Part shown: positions 29,319 through 39,360 of the stretch, one piece after another
Position numbering within the stretch: the stretch's first letter is position 1
Layout of the letters: each line of letters starts with the position of its first letter
Assembly: GCA_046538485.1 (NCBI GenBank)
Contig: JBKHIT010000042.1
Coordinates: 1 to 42,482, forward strand
Length of the DNA stretch: 42,482 nt
From: Candidatus Brocadiia bacterium
GTDB lineage: Bacteria; Planctomycetota; Brocadiia; SM23-32
Direction of reading: 5' to 3'
Translations under genes and position numbers: made by a program
Notes under the pieces: model-generated
Database searches by the model: none
The model's input: the letters and a program-made list of their open reading frames with translations, nothing else
Told to the model about the DNA's origin: nothing

Positions 29319-30485
29319 TCACTCTCTCCCGCACCATGCCCGACCTTCAAGGCATAATTCAACCAGCTCCGGCTCGTCGGCAAGATCACAGTGATCCTCC
29401 AGAACCTGGCGGAAGGTTTTTTCCGTTTCCCCGCTCTCAACCGCCCGGATAACGGCAGCGGCAACACCGATCCCATAAAGACGAGGTTCGATGCCCTGTT
29501 CCCAGATCGTGCGCATCCCTCCGATCAAACGTTCCCAGGGCTGGAGTTTTCTCAACACGCCGCGTGTGCCCCTCGAAACGGGATCATGAAAACCGGGACA
29601 CGTAATACGACGCGTGATAGTAGGCGCATAATTGTGCCAAAAATTGCGGTTCAGCGCTTTGCCATGCTTTCTTAAAAGTGCGCGACCGACTTCTTCACGC
29701 ATCATTTCCCCTGTCATTGACATCAATTCCAAGTCCTCTCGCAATTCGCAAAAATACTCCTTACCACGCAACGTACCCAAAAAAGCGAGAAAAGCGTGGA
29801 GGCCATTATGCGCCAGCATTTTGACGTCTTCCTGCGCCGCAAATTCCGCCTCGCTCAACACCTGGAAAGCTTCTCCCGGTTCTTCCAGGCCTTCCATTGC
29901 GTAACAGGAAACGGGAATTCCGAAAAATGGTTCGCCCACCACACACCAGTCCGCATCAGGAAACACGGGACTCAGTCCCTTTTCCGGGGGCATTACGATC
30001 TTGCACATACGTCCCATAACAGTATCGCCGACAATCAACTTATCCCCAGGTTCTTCGTCCATTTCTCCCGAAATGTAATCCCTGCATTTCGCGGCAATAT
30101 CAATTCCATTTTCACAGCAAAAAACCCGAAGTGGTCGTTTAACAGATCTCTCAGAGACGCCCTCCGCAAGCGTTGGGGCAACTTTGTTTAAATTCGATGC
30201 TCCCACAGCAGTGAACACAATATCAGATCTGCGGAGAAGTGAATTGATCACCTTCTGCTTGCTGACAACTGCCCCTGAGACATTTTGTACCGTAACAGCT
30301 CGCCCCGCCGGCCCGGTCTCGTTCATAACATACTGTCCCTCTTTCTGGAGCCAGTTTAAAAGGGACTTTTTCTCCGGGATATCCACATAAGTTAAACTAT
30401 AATCTTGTTGAAGTTCTGGCCCCAGAAAACCAAGGCCCAGGGCTCCGGCTCCGAAAATAAGGCCCTTTCGCATTTCCTTCCCCAC
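29319..30485 (-). CDS. Mannitol-dehydrogenase-family protein (divergent MtlD-like)
   Basis: FGAGALG, FTAVG, CCENG, KMLAHNGLHA and D.VSRGTR.VLRKL..WERL resemble MtlD motifs; AAGGAG RBS. Confidence 0.75.
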   Translation of the reverse strand: MGKEMRKGLIFGAGALGLGFLGPELQQDYSLTYVDIPEKKSLLNWLQKEGQYVMNETGPAGRAVTVQNVSGAVVSKQKVINSLLRRSDIVFTAVGASNLNKVAPTLAEGVSERSVKRPLRVFCCENGIDIAAKCRDYISGEMDEEPGDKLIVGDTVMGRMCKIVMPPEKGLSPVFPDADWCVVGEPFFGIPVSCYAMEGLEEPGEAFQVLSEAEFAAQEDVKMLAHNGLHAFLAFLGTLRGKEYFCELREDLELMSMTGEMMREEVGRALLRKHGKALNRNFWHNYAPTITRRITCPGFHDPVSRGTRGVLRKLQPWERLIGGMRTIWEQGIEPRLYGIGVAAAVIRAVESGETEKTFRQVLEDHCDLADEPELVELCLEGRAWCGRE

Positions 30486-30570
30486 CAGCAGATCTCCTTT
30501 CGGGACACCTTTAAATATATTATCTGAATATTATCAATGTATCGGACCGCTCGCAAACTTCAGCTGGCTT

Positions 30571-30599
30571 TTGAAAGATTATAACCTTCCCAGTATGAT
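30571..30599 (+). promoter_or_regulatory. Sigma70-like promoter
   Basis: TTGAAA (30571-30576), 17 nt, TATGAT (30594-30599). Confidence 0.65.
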
Positions 30600-30676
30600 A
30601 AACTGGCGGCTGGAAGCTGTGATATGGGTCCCTCAAAGTGAAACCGTTGATATTCAATGCATGGGGAGAAAAAGGG

Positions 30677-30769
30677 ATGTCTGGCACAATCGGTTTGATC
30701 TTAATCGCTTTTGGTGCGTTGCTGGTGATTGGAGGGATTCTTATGGCGTATGTGCAACAGGCCGAATAG
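30677..30769 (+). CDS. Putative 30-aa single-pass membrane peptide (MSGTIGLILIAFGALLVIGGILMAYVQQAE)
   Basis: Translated by hand; GGGGAG RBS 8 nt upstream, upstream promoter, uninterrupted hydrophobic stretch; below the ORF-track size cutoff. Confidence 0.6.
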   Translation: MSGTIGLILIAFGALLVIGGILMAYVQQAE

Positions 30770-30881
30770 AATCCCGATATTTGATTTCCCCAGGTGGTTC
30801 GGGACAATCCGCCTCTTGTCCCAACAATTAACCGGCTTGCATTGGGCTGTAGGCGCCCTTAAAGTGTCACGGATGATCTTA

Positions 30882-31043
30882 GGCTCTGTCTGAAAATACG
30901 GATCTGGATTCGAGCAGCTGCATTTGCGGCTGGCTTTGTCCGCCTGTATCGGCTTATCTCCACTGGATAGGCCTGCTTCGGCGTCCGCGCCATCCGCAAA
31001 TTCGCTCGCTCTCGGTCCGACGACCGCATTCTCAGACAGAGCC
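30882..31043. mobile_element. MITE (162 bp, non-autonomous)
   Basis: TIRs GGCTCTGTCTGAAAAT / ATTCTCAGACAGAGCC (1 mismatch in 16), TA on both flanks, internal inverted repeat TTTGCGGCTGGC/GCCATCCGCAAA, no ORF. Confidence 0.8.
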
Positions 31044-31109
31044 TAGCCTGGCTTTCAATTTGCCATTTTGGGTCAGTTCCTCAAGGAACATCCGCCAAGG
31101 AGAAACACA

Positions 31110-32276
31110 ATGGACGAAGTTAGAGTCGGAGTTGTCGGTGTCGGTGGCATGGGCACGAATCATGCAACCTACCTTGATGCAGGCAAAGTTCAAGGCGCGA
31201 AATTGACGGGAGTCGCCGATATCAACCCCGAGGCACTCGAACGTGCACGGACGAGATTTGGGGACGATCTCAAGACTTTCCCCAGTGCCGACGAGCTGCT
31301 GGACGCCGGCTGCGTTGACGCCATCTTGATCGCCACTCCTCACTACCACCACCCCCCTATCGGCGTCAAAGCATTCGAAAGCGGGGTCCATGTCCTGTCC
31401 GAAAAACCCGTGGGTGTCTACACCAAACAAGTTGAAAACCTCATTCAGGCGGCGGATCAATCGGGGCTCATTTTCGGAGTGATGTTCAATCAGCGCACAA
31501 AACCCGTCCACCAAAAATTCAAAGAATTGCTCGACGACAATGAGCTGGGCGAATTAAAACGCAATTATTGGATCATCACGAGCTGGTATCGCTCTCAGAG
31601 CTATTACGATTCTGGAGGCTGGCGAGCAACCTGGGCGGGCGAAGGAGGTGGCGTGCTGCTGAACCAATGCCCCCATCAGCTCGACCTGTGGCAGTGGTTC
31701 GTAGGAATGCCCGTGAGAGTTCGCGCCTTCTGTGGATTCGGCAAATATCACGATATCGAAGTCGACGACGATGTCACGGCTTACGTGGAATATGAAGACG
31801 GTTCAACGGGTCTGTTCGTCACCACGACCGGCGAAGCCCCGGGCACCAACCATTTTGAGGTTTCCGGAAATATGGGGAAAATCACCATGGAAGGTGGACA
31901 ACTCACGTTCTACCGAAACCGAACCCCGGAGCGTGAATTCAACCGGGAATACAAAGCCGGTTTCGGCCGACCGGAAAACTGGAAATGCGATATCCCGGTT
32001 TCAGGGTCCGCCGGTGGACACGCCGAAGTCACACAAAAATGGGTCGATGCCATAATCAACGATGATCCTTCACGACTCATTGCCGATGGCCGCGAGGGAA
32101 TCAGGGGTTTGGAAATCTCCAATGCAATGCTGATGTCCCAGTGGATTGACGACTGGGTAGAACTCCCCATCGACGGCGAAAAGTACCACGAACTGCTTAA
32201 AGAACGCATAGCTGAAAGCGAATACGAACCCGATGTCAGCGGGGATTCTGCGCTCGACGTCGAAGACAGTTGGTGA
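31110..32276 (+). CDS. Gfo/Idh/MocA family oxidoreductase
   Basis: GVVGVGGMG, IATPHYHH, EKPVG, WRATWAGEGGGVLLNQCPHQLD motifs; AAGGAG RBS. Confidence 0.92.
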   Translation: MDEVRVGVVGVGGMGTNHATYLDAGKVQGAKLTGVADINPEALERARTRFGDDLKTFPSADELLDAGCVDAILIATPHYHHPPIGVKAFESGVHVLSEKPVGVYTKQVENLIQAADQSGLIFGVMFNQRTKPVHQKFKELLDDNELGELKRNYWIITSWYRSQSYYDSGGWRATWAGEGGGVLLNQCPHQLDLWQWFVGMPVRVRAFCGFGKYHDIEVDDDVTAYVEYEDGSTGLFVTTTGEAPGTNHFEVSGNMGKITMEGGQLTFYRNRTPEREFNREYKAGFGRPENWKCDIPVSGSAGGHAEVTQKWVDAIINDDPSRLIADGREGIRGLEISNAMLMSQWIDDWVELPIDGEKYHELLKERIAESEYEPDVSGDSALDVEDSW

Positions 32277-32431
32277 GAACAGGCCGCTGGGTGTCGAGCA
32301 GAACGACGAACGGTGGATCCGCCTCGGCGATGCAGACCTGCAGCTCTTTGCCAATGTCCCCCCGGGACGCGGCTCAATTTAGTGGGAATTTGGCGCAGGT
32401 TGCCGATTTTCGACATTCTCGCTGCTGGCTC

Positions 32432-33616
32432 TCAAACGGCCCCCCGAACCTGCAGCGCCAATTCTAACCAATCATCGATCGCCTTCAATTCCCGCTCGAG
32501 GTTATCGATTACATGGAGTCCGTCAGCCCGGACTGTGTAAGCAGTGCCCTGGCAGGCGCTACGAATTCGCTCCAGGTGTTTCCTCTGATGCCCGGCCTCC
32601 GGTCGCTGGACATCCCGCAGAGGATCAAGGCAAACTTCCAGGGGATGATCGCCCCCCATCAGCCGAACGACCTCTTCGATGTCGGCCCAGGGTGAGACGT
32701 GGAACATGTCCAGATCCGGTATATGATCGATCAGCGGGCAAAAATCGGTGGTATCGCCACAGGAATGCCAGTAAGCAATACCGCCCTGGAATTCCGAGAG
32801 TTCAATTTCAGTGGGCAGGATAAACTGCTCGTAGAGTCGCGGCGCGAACAGTTCCCCATTAACTTCGTCATTATAGAGATCCCCCGGTTCGAGCTCCTCC
32901 CCCAGGAATTCAACCCGATCTTTGAGCCACTCTTTGCGACATTCAGTTACAAATTCAAGCTGGTTATGCGCGAATTCCCGGTCGACGAGCATATCCGTCA
33001 GGAACCCTTCGGTTCCTCGAAGGTGGGTGCAGATACTGAAAGGGCTCCGGCCCCAATCGGGAAACTCAACAGAAAAATCGTCATCGAGCAGCTCACCGAT
33101 CTCTTCGTAAAATCGATGGGCCAGGGGCATCAGTCCGCTTTCCCAGAAATCCGGTTTTTGCAGAGCTTTCAAATCCTCGGCTTCTTTCAGCAACGCTGTC
33201 TTCGAAATCCACGGGCTGACGTCTTCCTGGTAGATCGTTTCGATGCCGAAAAGACTGACCTCAAAGGTCACCCCAAGCCAGATCGTTATATCGCGCCCGA
33301 TGCATGTATTCTCATCCCATCGGTCGAATCGCCAGAGCGCCATTTCAAGGTTTCGACGGAGGTATTCGCGGGGATCCGTGTAAAAACGCTTGACGCTAAA
33401 ATCGAGGATTTTGGCCCACATCGGCACTTCCGGTTCGATCGTAACCGGAAAAGTATCGCCGGGCGCCGGGCGCCCGCGCCAGTGATCCTGTCCGACACTT
33501 GGCTTGCCACCCCACAGTTCCAGATTTCGCCGGTTCTTATCGCTCTCTTCGGCCTCTCGGATGCGATCCATCAAACGCGATATCGTGTCTTGATCCGTGG
33601 TGTCGCTATCGTTCAT
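32432..33616 (-). CDS. Uroporphyrinogen decarboxylase-like (URO-D/CIMS superfamily) protein
   Basis: SPFSICTHLRG.EGFL.D, P.LYEQFILP and HSCGD motifs; GAGGG RBS before ATG 33616. Confidence 0.72.
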   Translation of the reverse strand: MNDSDTTDQDTISRLMDRIREAEESDKNRRNLELWGGKPSVGQDHWRGRPAPGDTFPVTIEPEVPMWAKILDFSVKRFYTDPREYLRRNLEMALWRFDRWDENTCIGRDITIWLGVTFEVSLFGIETIYQEDVSPWISKTALLKEAEDLKALQKPDFWESGLMPLAHRFYEEIGELLDDDFSVEFPDWGRSPFSICTHLRGTEGFLTDMLVDREFAHNQLEFVTECRKEWLKDRVEFLGEELEPGDLYNDEVNGELFAPRLYEQFILPTEIELSEFQGGIAYWHSCGDTTDFCPLIDHIPDLDMFHVSPWADIEEVVRLMGGDHPLEVCLDPLRDVQRPEAGHQRKHLERIRSACQGTAYTVRADGLHVIDNLERELKAIDDWLELALQVRGAV

Positions 33617-33669
33617 CGCATTTCCCTCTGTAACTGAAAAAGTCGGCGGAAGAGTCGGAATCCACCCAA

Positions 33670-35142
33670 TCAATCGCTGCAAATGCAGGCATTTTTTCGC
33701 GCACGGCATCTGGGACATGTCTCAACGTTTTGTGTTGCCGGAAAACCTCTGGCCTCACCGGGCCCCAGAACCATGAATTCGCTCGAATACGCCTTCCCCC
33801 CGAGATAGGCCTTCACTTCTACTATATTTCGGTCCGCAACTTCAGGCGGCATGAGCAGAAAACGCTTTTCATAGGAGGTCTGTTCTTCATCGACAAGTTC
33901 CCAGGCCTCTGGCAGAACCAGCTCGACTTCAGCGTCGGCGGGGGCCATGTCCTGTTGACACTCAACCGAAAGAATGCGTGACACACCCGGACGGAACACG
34001 GGTTCTCCGTTGTAATAGAGGACGATCTGGAGATCTTCTTCCCGGGCGAATGCCGAACGGACATCCTGCCGCAGACACGCCAGGGCATCGTCATTGCGTC
34101 GCAACCACCCGATAAGGTCGTTTGGAAGAATCATTTGGTTGCCGAGGGAAACCATAGCTTCTCTCGTCTCAGCCATTTGTTCCGCCACCGCGAGGGTGCG
34201 TTCCGTAAAGTCTTCGATTGTGTCCGGCGCATTACAGTCGCCTGTAAACTTATGAAGGGCAATTCCTTCCCCGATCGGATCGATCCATTTTTCAGGAATA
34301 TACTCCGTCCCCCCGATAATACCCAGAACTGAACCCAGAGTGGCCCCGGTGCAGTCGGTATCGTAACCGCAGTTGACAGCTTTGCAGAGCTGGTCCCCAA
34401 AATCCTCCCCATAAAGCCAGCCCAGAACAGTAAACCCGTGGTTCACCGCAGCGTCACAGGGTTGGACGTGACCGAAAACGCGTTCGAGGCGTTCACGGGC
34501 GTCCGACCAGCAAATTCCGTTCTCGTAGCACCAGACGGATTCCCGTATCGCTCGGGCGATCCGGCAGGCGGGGGGGACCATGGCAAGACCGATACGAATA
34601 AGCTCTTCCGGATCGTCCAGAACAAACGCCGCACTTTCCACAGCCGCCCAGAACATCTCCCCGTTCATACCCTCGCCACCGGCATGATCCATGGCACTGT
34701 CCATCCAGGCCATGGCTGCGGCTCGCTGGGGATCGGCCGGACAAATGCACGCCCAAATTTCGCTCCGAATTGGTGACCCCATTTCATCGACAAAATAGTT
34801 CTCAAACCAGCCCGAAACGGGTGGCTGCAATCCCCGCTCTAAGTTGCGCATGCAAAAGCCATATTCGTTCCAGGGGTATGCCGCCAGATAGCGCTGCCAG
34901 TACTCGGCAAAATCCCCAAGGCAGATATCCGGTCCTCTGTCTTCGAGCATTTTGAGCCATACAAGCTGAAAATCCAGATCGTCATTCGGCTGCGGCTCGT
35001 CCGGGACAGGATCGTAAAAATCCAGGTCGTGAACATGTTTCTGTCCCTCCCAAGGCCCGCCAAGCGTTCCCCCAATGTTTTTCCCGAGCCAGCAGGCATA
35101 AACCTTGTCGCGGCACATATTTTCCTCAATAATAACGTCCAT
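33670..35142 (-). CDS. ADP-ribosylglycohydrolase family protein
   Basis: GKNIGGTLGGPWEG, NDDLD, MGSPIRSE and AVNCGYDTDCTGAT motifs; Cys-rich C-terminus. Confidence 0.85.
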   Translation of the reverse strand: MDVIIEENMCRDKVYACWLGKNIGGTLGGPWEGQKHVHDLDFYDPVPDEPQPNDDLDFQLVWLKMLEDRGPDICLGDFAEYWQRYLAAYPWNEYGFCMRNLERGLQPPVSGWFENYFVDEMGSPIRSEIWACICPADPQRAAAMAWMDSAMDHAGGEGMNGEMFWAAVESAAFVLDDPEELIRIGLAMVPPACRIARAIRESVWCYENGICWSDARERLERVFGHVQPCDAAVNHGFTVLGWLYGEDFGDQLCKAVNCGYDTDCTGATLGSVLGIIGGTEYIPEKWIDPIGEGIALHKFTGDCNAPDTIEDFTERTLAVAEQMAETREAMVSLGNQMILPNDLIGWLRRNDDALACLRQDVRSAFAREEDLQIVLYYNGEPVFRPGVSRILSVECQQDMAPADAEVELVLPEAWELVDEEQTSYEKRFLLMPPEVADRNIVEVKAYLGGKAYSSEFMVLGPGEARGFPATQNVETCPRCRARKNACICSD

Positions 35143-35201
35143 AATTTTTCCTTTCAGACCGCTTGCACACATTTCTTTTGAACCGGCAGGAGGCTATTGG
35201 T

Positions 35202-36236
35202 TCACGACGGGAAATTGACCATTGTTTTGATCGCTTTATCCGGATTCTCGTGGGAAAATTTCAGTGCTTCCTGCACGTTGGGAAATTCAAATCGGTCAGT
35301 GATTAACGGTCTCGGATCAACTTTCCCCTGCGCGATCAAACTTATCGCCATCGGGTAACAATTCGCGTAACGGAACACGGTATAAAACTTCTGTTCTTTG
35401 ACCTGGCCGGCTGTAATGGGAATTTCCACTCGATCGTCGCCCATGCCGACCCAGACGACACGAGAACCCCGATCTCCCAGTAAGATGCTTTGCTCGATAG
35501 CAGATGCGGCTCCGCTGCATTCAAAAACCACGTCCGCCCATTCCTTGTATTCGTCCAGCGCACTCTCCTGGCGCGGATCAATAGCTTCGATGGCTCCCAT
35601 TTGAAGAGCGGTATTCCGTCGTAGCTCCACAGGATCCGAAACCAGTATTTCTTCAGCCCCGATCGCCGAAGCTACCGCCACGTGAAACAAACCCACCGGC
35701 CCGGCTCCGGATACCGCAACTTTTTCCCCGGGCTTCAGACCGCAGAGACGACTCGAGTGGCAGGCAACCGCCATAGGCTCAACAGTGCTTCCTTCTTCGC
35801 AACTTACACCTTCCGGGAGAGGAAAGGCAAAATCTTCCGGCGAAGTTACGTATTCACAAAATGCACCGTCAACCGGCGGGGTGGCCATGAACTGCACATC
35901 CGGACATAAATTGTAGCGTCCGCTCAGACAATACTTGCAGTGTCGGCAAGGAATACCGGGTTCCAACGCAACCCGCTGACCCTCCTTCAGATTCTTTACG
36001 CCCTCTCCACATTCAACAATCGTCCCGGCGGATTCGTGCCCGAGGATGAGTGGTTCTTCGACAACAAAATCTCCGATTCGGCCCTCAACGTAGTAATGAA
36101 CGTCGGAGCCACAAACTCCAACGGCATCGATTTTTACCAGCACTTCGTCCGCTTTCGGATGAGGACGTGGCACTTCACGCACCGACATTTGCGTCGGTTC
36201 GTCCAGATAGACGGCCGTCATTGTCTGCTCATTCAT
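35202..36236 (-). CDS. Zn-dependent polyol (sorbitol/L-iditol-type) dehydrogenase
   Basis: GVCGSDVHY, LGHE, C..C..C...YNLCP, GAGPVG and VFRYAN motifs; AGGAG RBS before ATG 36236. Confidence 0.9.
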   Translation of the reverse strand: MNEQTMTAVYLDEPTQMSVREVPRPHPKADEVLVKIDAVGVCGSDVHYYVEGRIGDFVVEEPLILGHESAGTIVECGEGVKNLKEGQRVALEPGIPCRHCKYCLSGRYNLCPDVQFMATPPVDGAFCEYVTSPEDFAFPLPEGVSCEEGSTVEPMAVACHSSRLCGLKPGEKVAVSGAGPVGLFHVAVASAIGAEEILVSDPVELRRNTALQMGAIEAIDPRQESALDEYKEWADVVFECSGAASAIEQSILLGDRGSRVVWVGMGDDRVEIPITAGQVKEQKFYTVFRYANCYPMAISLIAQGKVDPRPLITDRFEFPNVQEALKFSHENPDKAIKTMVNFPS

Positions 36237-36419
36237 AGCACTCTCCTGAAACTCATCGGCTGGATTTCCCCTGACGGTTTCAAGAACGATGTTAGACTCC
36301 GGCCCCGCCAAAATCAAACGGCCGCGATCGGGGAAGGGACCTGAGTGACTTAAGAGACCCGGGGGACTCACAATAGTGAGACAAACCCCACAATTCGATA
36401 GTCCCTTCCGTCCCTTAGT

Positions 36420-38210
36420 TCATCCGCCGCGAAAAGTCGCGATCGCACTCAGAAAGGTTTTTGCGTACTGCCTGCACTTTTTCTTGCCGACCCCTTTGAT
36501 CTGCAGAAATTCTTCTTTCGTCTCCGGTTTGCGCGCGGCCATCTCTCGCAGACTCGCGTCATTGAAAATAATGTAAGCAGGGACTCTCCGGTTATCGGCC
36601 AGTTTTTTGCGCAGTTCACGCAGATGTTCGAAAAGTTCCCCGTCCACATCTTCCCATCCCTCAAGCTCCGGTTGCGCCGTCCTCGTTTTTTTCTCCGGTG
36701 GTCGCGAGAGCTGCGGAACATACTCGCCCCGCAAAACACGCCCCCCTCTCTCCGTAAGTTTGAGCACCCGATACGGCTGAGTTCTCAAAAGACACCCCGC
36801 TCCCACCAGTTGATCGATCCAGCTCTGGACCTGACGTTTCGGATAGTCGGACAGAAGTCCCCATGTGCTCAGATCATCGTGACCGTACTGAAGAACCCTT
36901 TCGGACTTTGAGCCGATCAGCACGTCGGCTGTATAACTCCCACCATAGCGCTGGTCCAGACGAGCCACGCACGAGAGAATTTTCTGCGCCGTCTTCTTCG
37001 CTCGCCCCCCCTCCATACCTTCGATCTCACCCAGACAAACGTCGCAGGCCTCACATCGGTCCTTATCCAAACTCTGACCGAAATAGTTAAGGATAGCTGA
37101 ATGCCGGCAGGTGGCCGTCGTGCAATAACGGTAAACGCTGCTGAGCTTTTTCAACGCAATCCGTTTCGGTTCGGCCGGAAGGTCCTGAAGGATGTGTTTC
37201 CAGACGTAATAATCGCTCCCCGAATAGAACAGCCAGCACTCAGCTTCCAGACCGTCCCGTCCGGCCCGCCCGCTTTCCTGCTGGTAGTGTTCGAGCGACT
37301 TCGGCATGGCGGCGTGGACGACGTATCGGACATTTGACTTATCAATTCCCATACCGAAAGCTACCGTGGCCACAATCGTATCCGCATCACCGCGCACAAA
37401 AGCATCCTGGTTCCGCTTCCTTTCGGCGTCCCCCATACCAGCATGGTAGGGTAAGGTTGCATAGCCCGCCGAATTGAGGGATTTGCAGAGACCGTCGACG
37501 TCTTTGCGGCGGAGACAATAGATAATTCCAGACTGGTTTTCGTGTCTGTCCAGCACTTCGGTGACCTGTTTGAACTGATCCTCACGCCGCCTGACCCGGA
37601 ATATGAGATTCGGTCGGTCGAATGAGCCAACAAGCATTTCGGGATTCTCGAGCCCGAGGGTCTCGGCGATATCGTGTTGTACCCGGGGGGTCGCTGTCGC
37701 CGTAAACGCATGCATGCTGGCGCCCGGAAACTGTGCTCTTAAACCGCTCAAAGCCCGGTATTCGGGTCTGAAATCGTGCCCCCACATGCTAACACAATGG
37801 GCTTCATCGATCGCAATCAACGAGGGCTGCTGCCCTCCAAGAATTCTCGGCAAGTTCTGTCCCACTGCGCGTTCCGGGGAGACATAGAGAAGTTTGACTT
37901 TTTCATCTTGGAGGGATTTCCGGGCCTCTCCGCGCTCTTTCGATGTCTGACTGCTGTCCAGGCGCACGGCCGGCACTCCGCATTCACGCAGACCATCGAC
38001 CTGATCCTTCATTAACGAGATCAGCGGCGAGACCACGAGTGCGAGAACGTCCTGAGCGATAGCCGGAGCCTGATAACAGAGAGATTTTCCACCTCCCGTG
38101 GGAAGAACCACCACCGAGTCGCGTCCCTCCATCGCACAGTCCATAGCCTCACGTTGCAACGGAAGAAATTCGTCGTATCCCCAGTATTGTTTCAGAATCC
38201 GCTCAAGCAT
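36420..38210 (-). CDS. recQ: ATP-dependent DNA helicase RecQ
   Basis: PTGGGKSLCYQ, DEAHCVSMWGHDFRPEY, ATVAFGMGIDK, QESGRAGRDG, Zn-binding Cys, RQC and HRDC domains. Confidence 0.95.
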   Translation of the reverse strand: MLERILKQYWGYDEFLPLQREAMDCAMEGRDSVVVLPTGGGKSLCYQAPAIAQDVLALVVSPLISLMKDQVDGLRECGVPAVRLDSSQTSKERGEARKSLQDEKVKLLYVSPERAVGQNLPRILGGQQPSLIAIDEAHCVSMWGHDFRPEYRALSGLRAQFPGASMHAFTATATPRVQHDIAETLGLENPEMLVGSFDRPNLIFRVRRREDQFKQVTEVLDRHENQSGIIYCLRRKDVDGLCKSLNSAGYATLPYHAGMGDAERKRNQDAFVRGDADTIVATVAFGMGIDKSNVRYVVHAAMPKSLEHYQQESGRAGRDGLEAECWLFYSGSDYYVWKHILQDLPAEPKRIALKKLSSVYRYCTTATCRHSAILNYFGQSLDKDRCEACDVCLGEIEGMEGGRAKKTAQKILSCVARLDQRYGGSYTADVLIGSKSERVLQYGHDDLSTWGLLSDYPKRQVQSWIDQLVGAGCLLRTQPYRVLKLTERGGRVLRGEYVPQLSRPPEKKTRTAQPELEGWEDVDGELFEHLRELRKKLADNRRVPAYIIFNDASLREMAARKPETKEEFLQIKGVGKKKCRQYAKTFLSAIATFRGG

Positions 38211-38490
38211 TGCGTCCGGACAGCTTTCATCAAACGTTGAACTGGTCGTGGGACCTCTCACATACATCGGCAGAACCGAAGAACTGTAGACGCCCCGTCC
38301 CGCACAGAAAAAGATGATAAGGCGCAGCTCCTGACGCTGCAAGATTAAACCCGAACGAGGAATTTGCGCTGAAGGTCTTTTCGCTGCCGGAGAACCGGAC
38401 ATTCCACAACAATCCCGGCTGATTCTGCCCTCGGGAAGGGCGCAAATTCCTTAATTTTCCTTCGGAAAAGGGAGAAAACAGTTGACAGGC

Positions 38491-38539
38491 GAGCGGACTG
38501 GACTTCAGCGCCGCTCTGCGGGGCTGGAGTTCAGAACGC
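38491..38539 (+). repeat. Two-module repeat, copy 3 (module A only)
   Basis: GAGCGGACTGGACTTCAG...CTGGAGTTCAGAACGC matches 13381-13430 and the reverse complement of 19494-19542. Confidence 0.85.
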
Positions 38540-39360
38540 GGCTCATCAGCCCACGGATCTCCCGGCAAACAGCGATGTTGACGGCATCGACCGGTGCGAT
38601 GTCCCGCGCGCCAGCGGCGCGCTGTGTCGTTCCAGAAAACGTTGGATACCGCACACTTTTTGACGGTTCTGGGTAAAAATCGGCGTGCTGCGGTCCCACA
38701 CAGTCCTCAGCGCCGCTGAGAGCACGTTTTTGGGGTAAATAGTTGCCCTCTTCGCAAACGGCTGCACAGCTAATAGTTCCAATCAACGCAAATGGCTCCG
38801 AACGAGGAAGTTGCGCTGTAGGTTGTTTCGCTGTTATATCCTCAGGTTAGTGATGCGGAATAAAACACAGTGAGCGGAAAGTCCACCACAAAACGGCGAA
38901 ACGCAACGGTCAAAGATAACGATAAAGCGATGCCCCCCATGGGGAATATGATGGGGCAGACGTACCTGCCATTTTAAATCTCATGGGCATTGGCAACCCC
39001 CCTTTTAGTGGTCCGTTCCACTTAATTTTTGCCCTGAAACCCTTCAAAGCTGAATCGAATTCCACTGCCCCACTGCCTGCAAGCACGAGTTGCTGTGGTC
39101 TCCCGCGGCCCTGTGCCGCGGGACGCGACGATTAGCTCATTACGCGCACTCAACTCACAGGCGTCCTTATGTCAAACAAACGGCAATAATACGCCATATT
39201 TTAGTAATGCATTCGTCTGAGCGGCCGCATTATGCGGCCGAGAGGCCTGTTTAAAATCCGCCCGAAAATCCAGCTGAAATTGTCTGTTTCGCATTATATG
39301 GCTCCATCATTTGGCGTTTTCAGGGGAAATCTATACGCAAATCCTTTCTATCCTGTCATC

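Noticed and set aside
30520..30831. ORF-track ORFs 30520-30807 (-) and 30571-30831 (+)
   Set aside because: No RBS or motifs; the 30571 TTG is the -35 box, and the 30-aa ORF in another frame has better signals
36237..38402. Long N-terminal extensions in the ORF track for the polyol dehydrogenase, RecQ and others
   Set aside because: Family homology begins at downstream starts, most of which have an RBS, so starts were trimmed
38800..38900. GGAAAGTCC resembling the RNase P RNA conserved element
   Set aside because: No downstream complementary P4 element or other conserved RNase P segments in the right order
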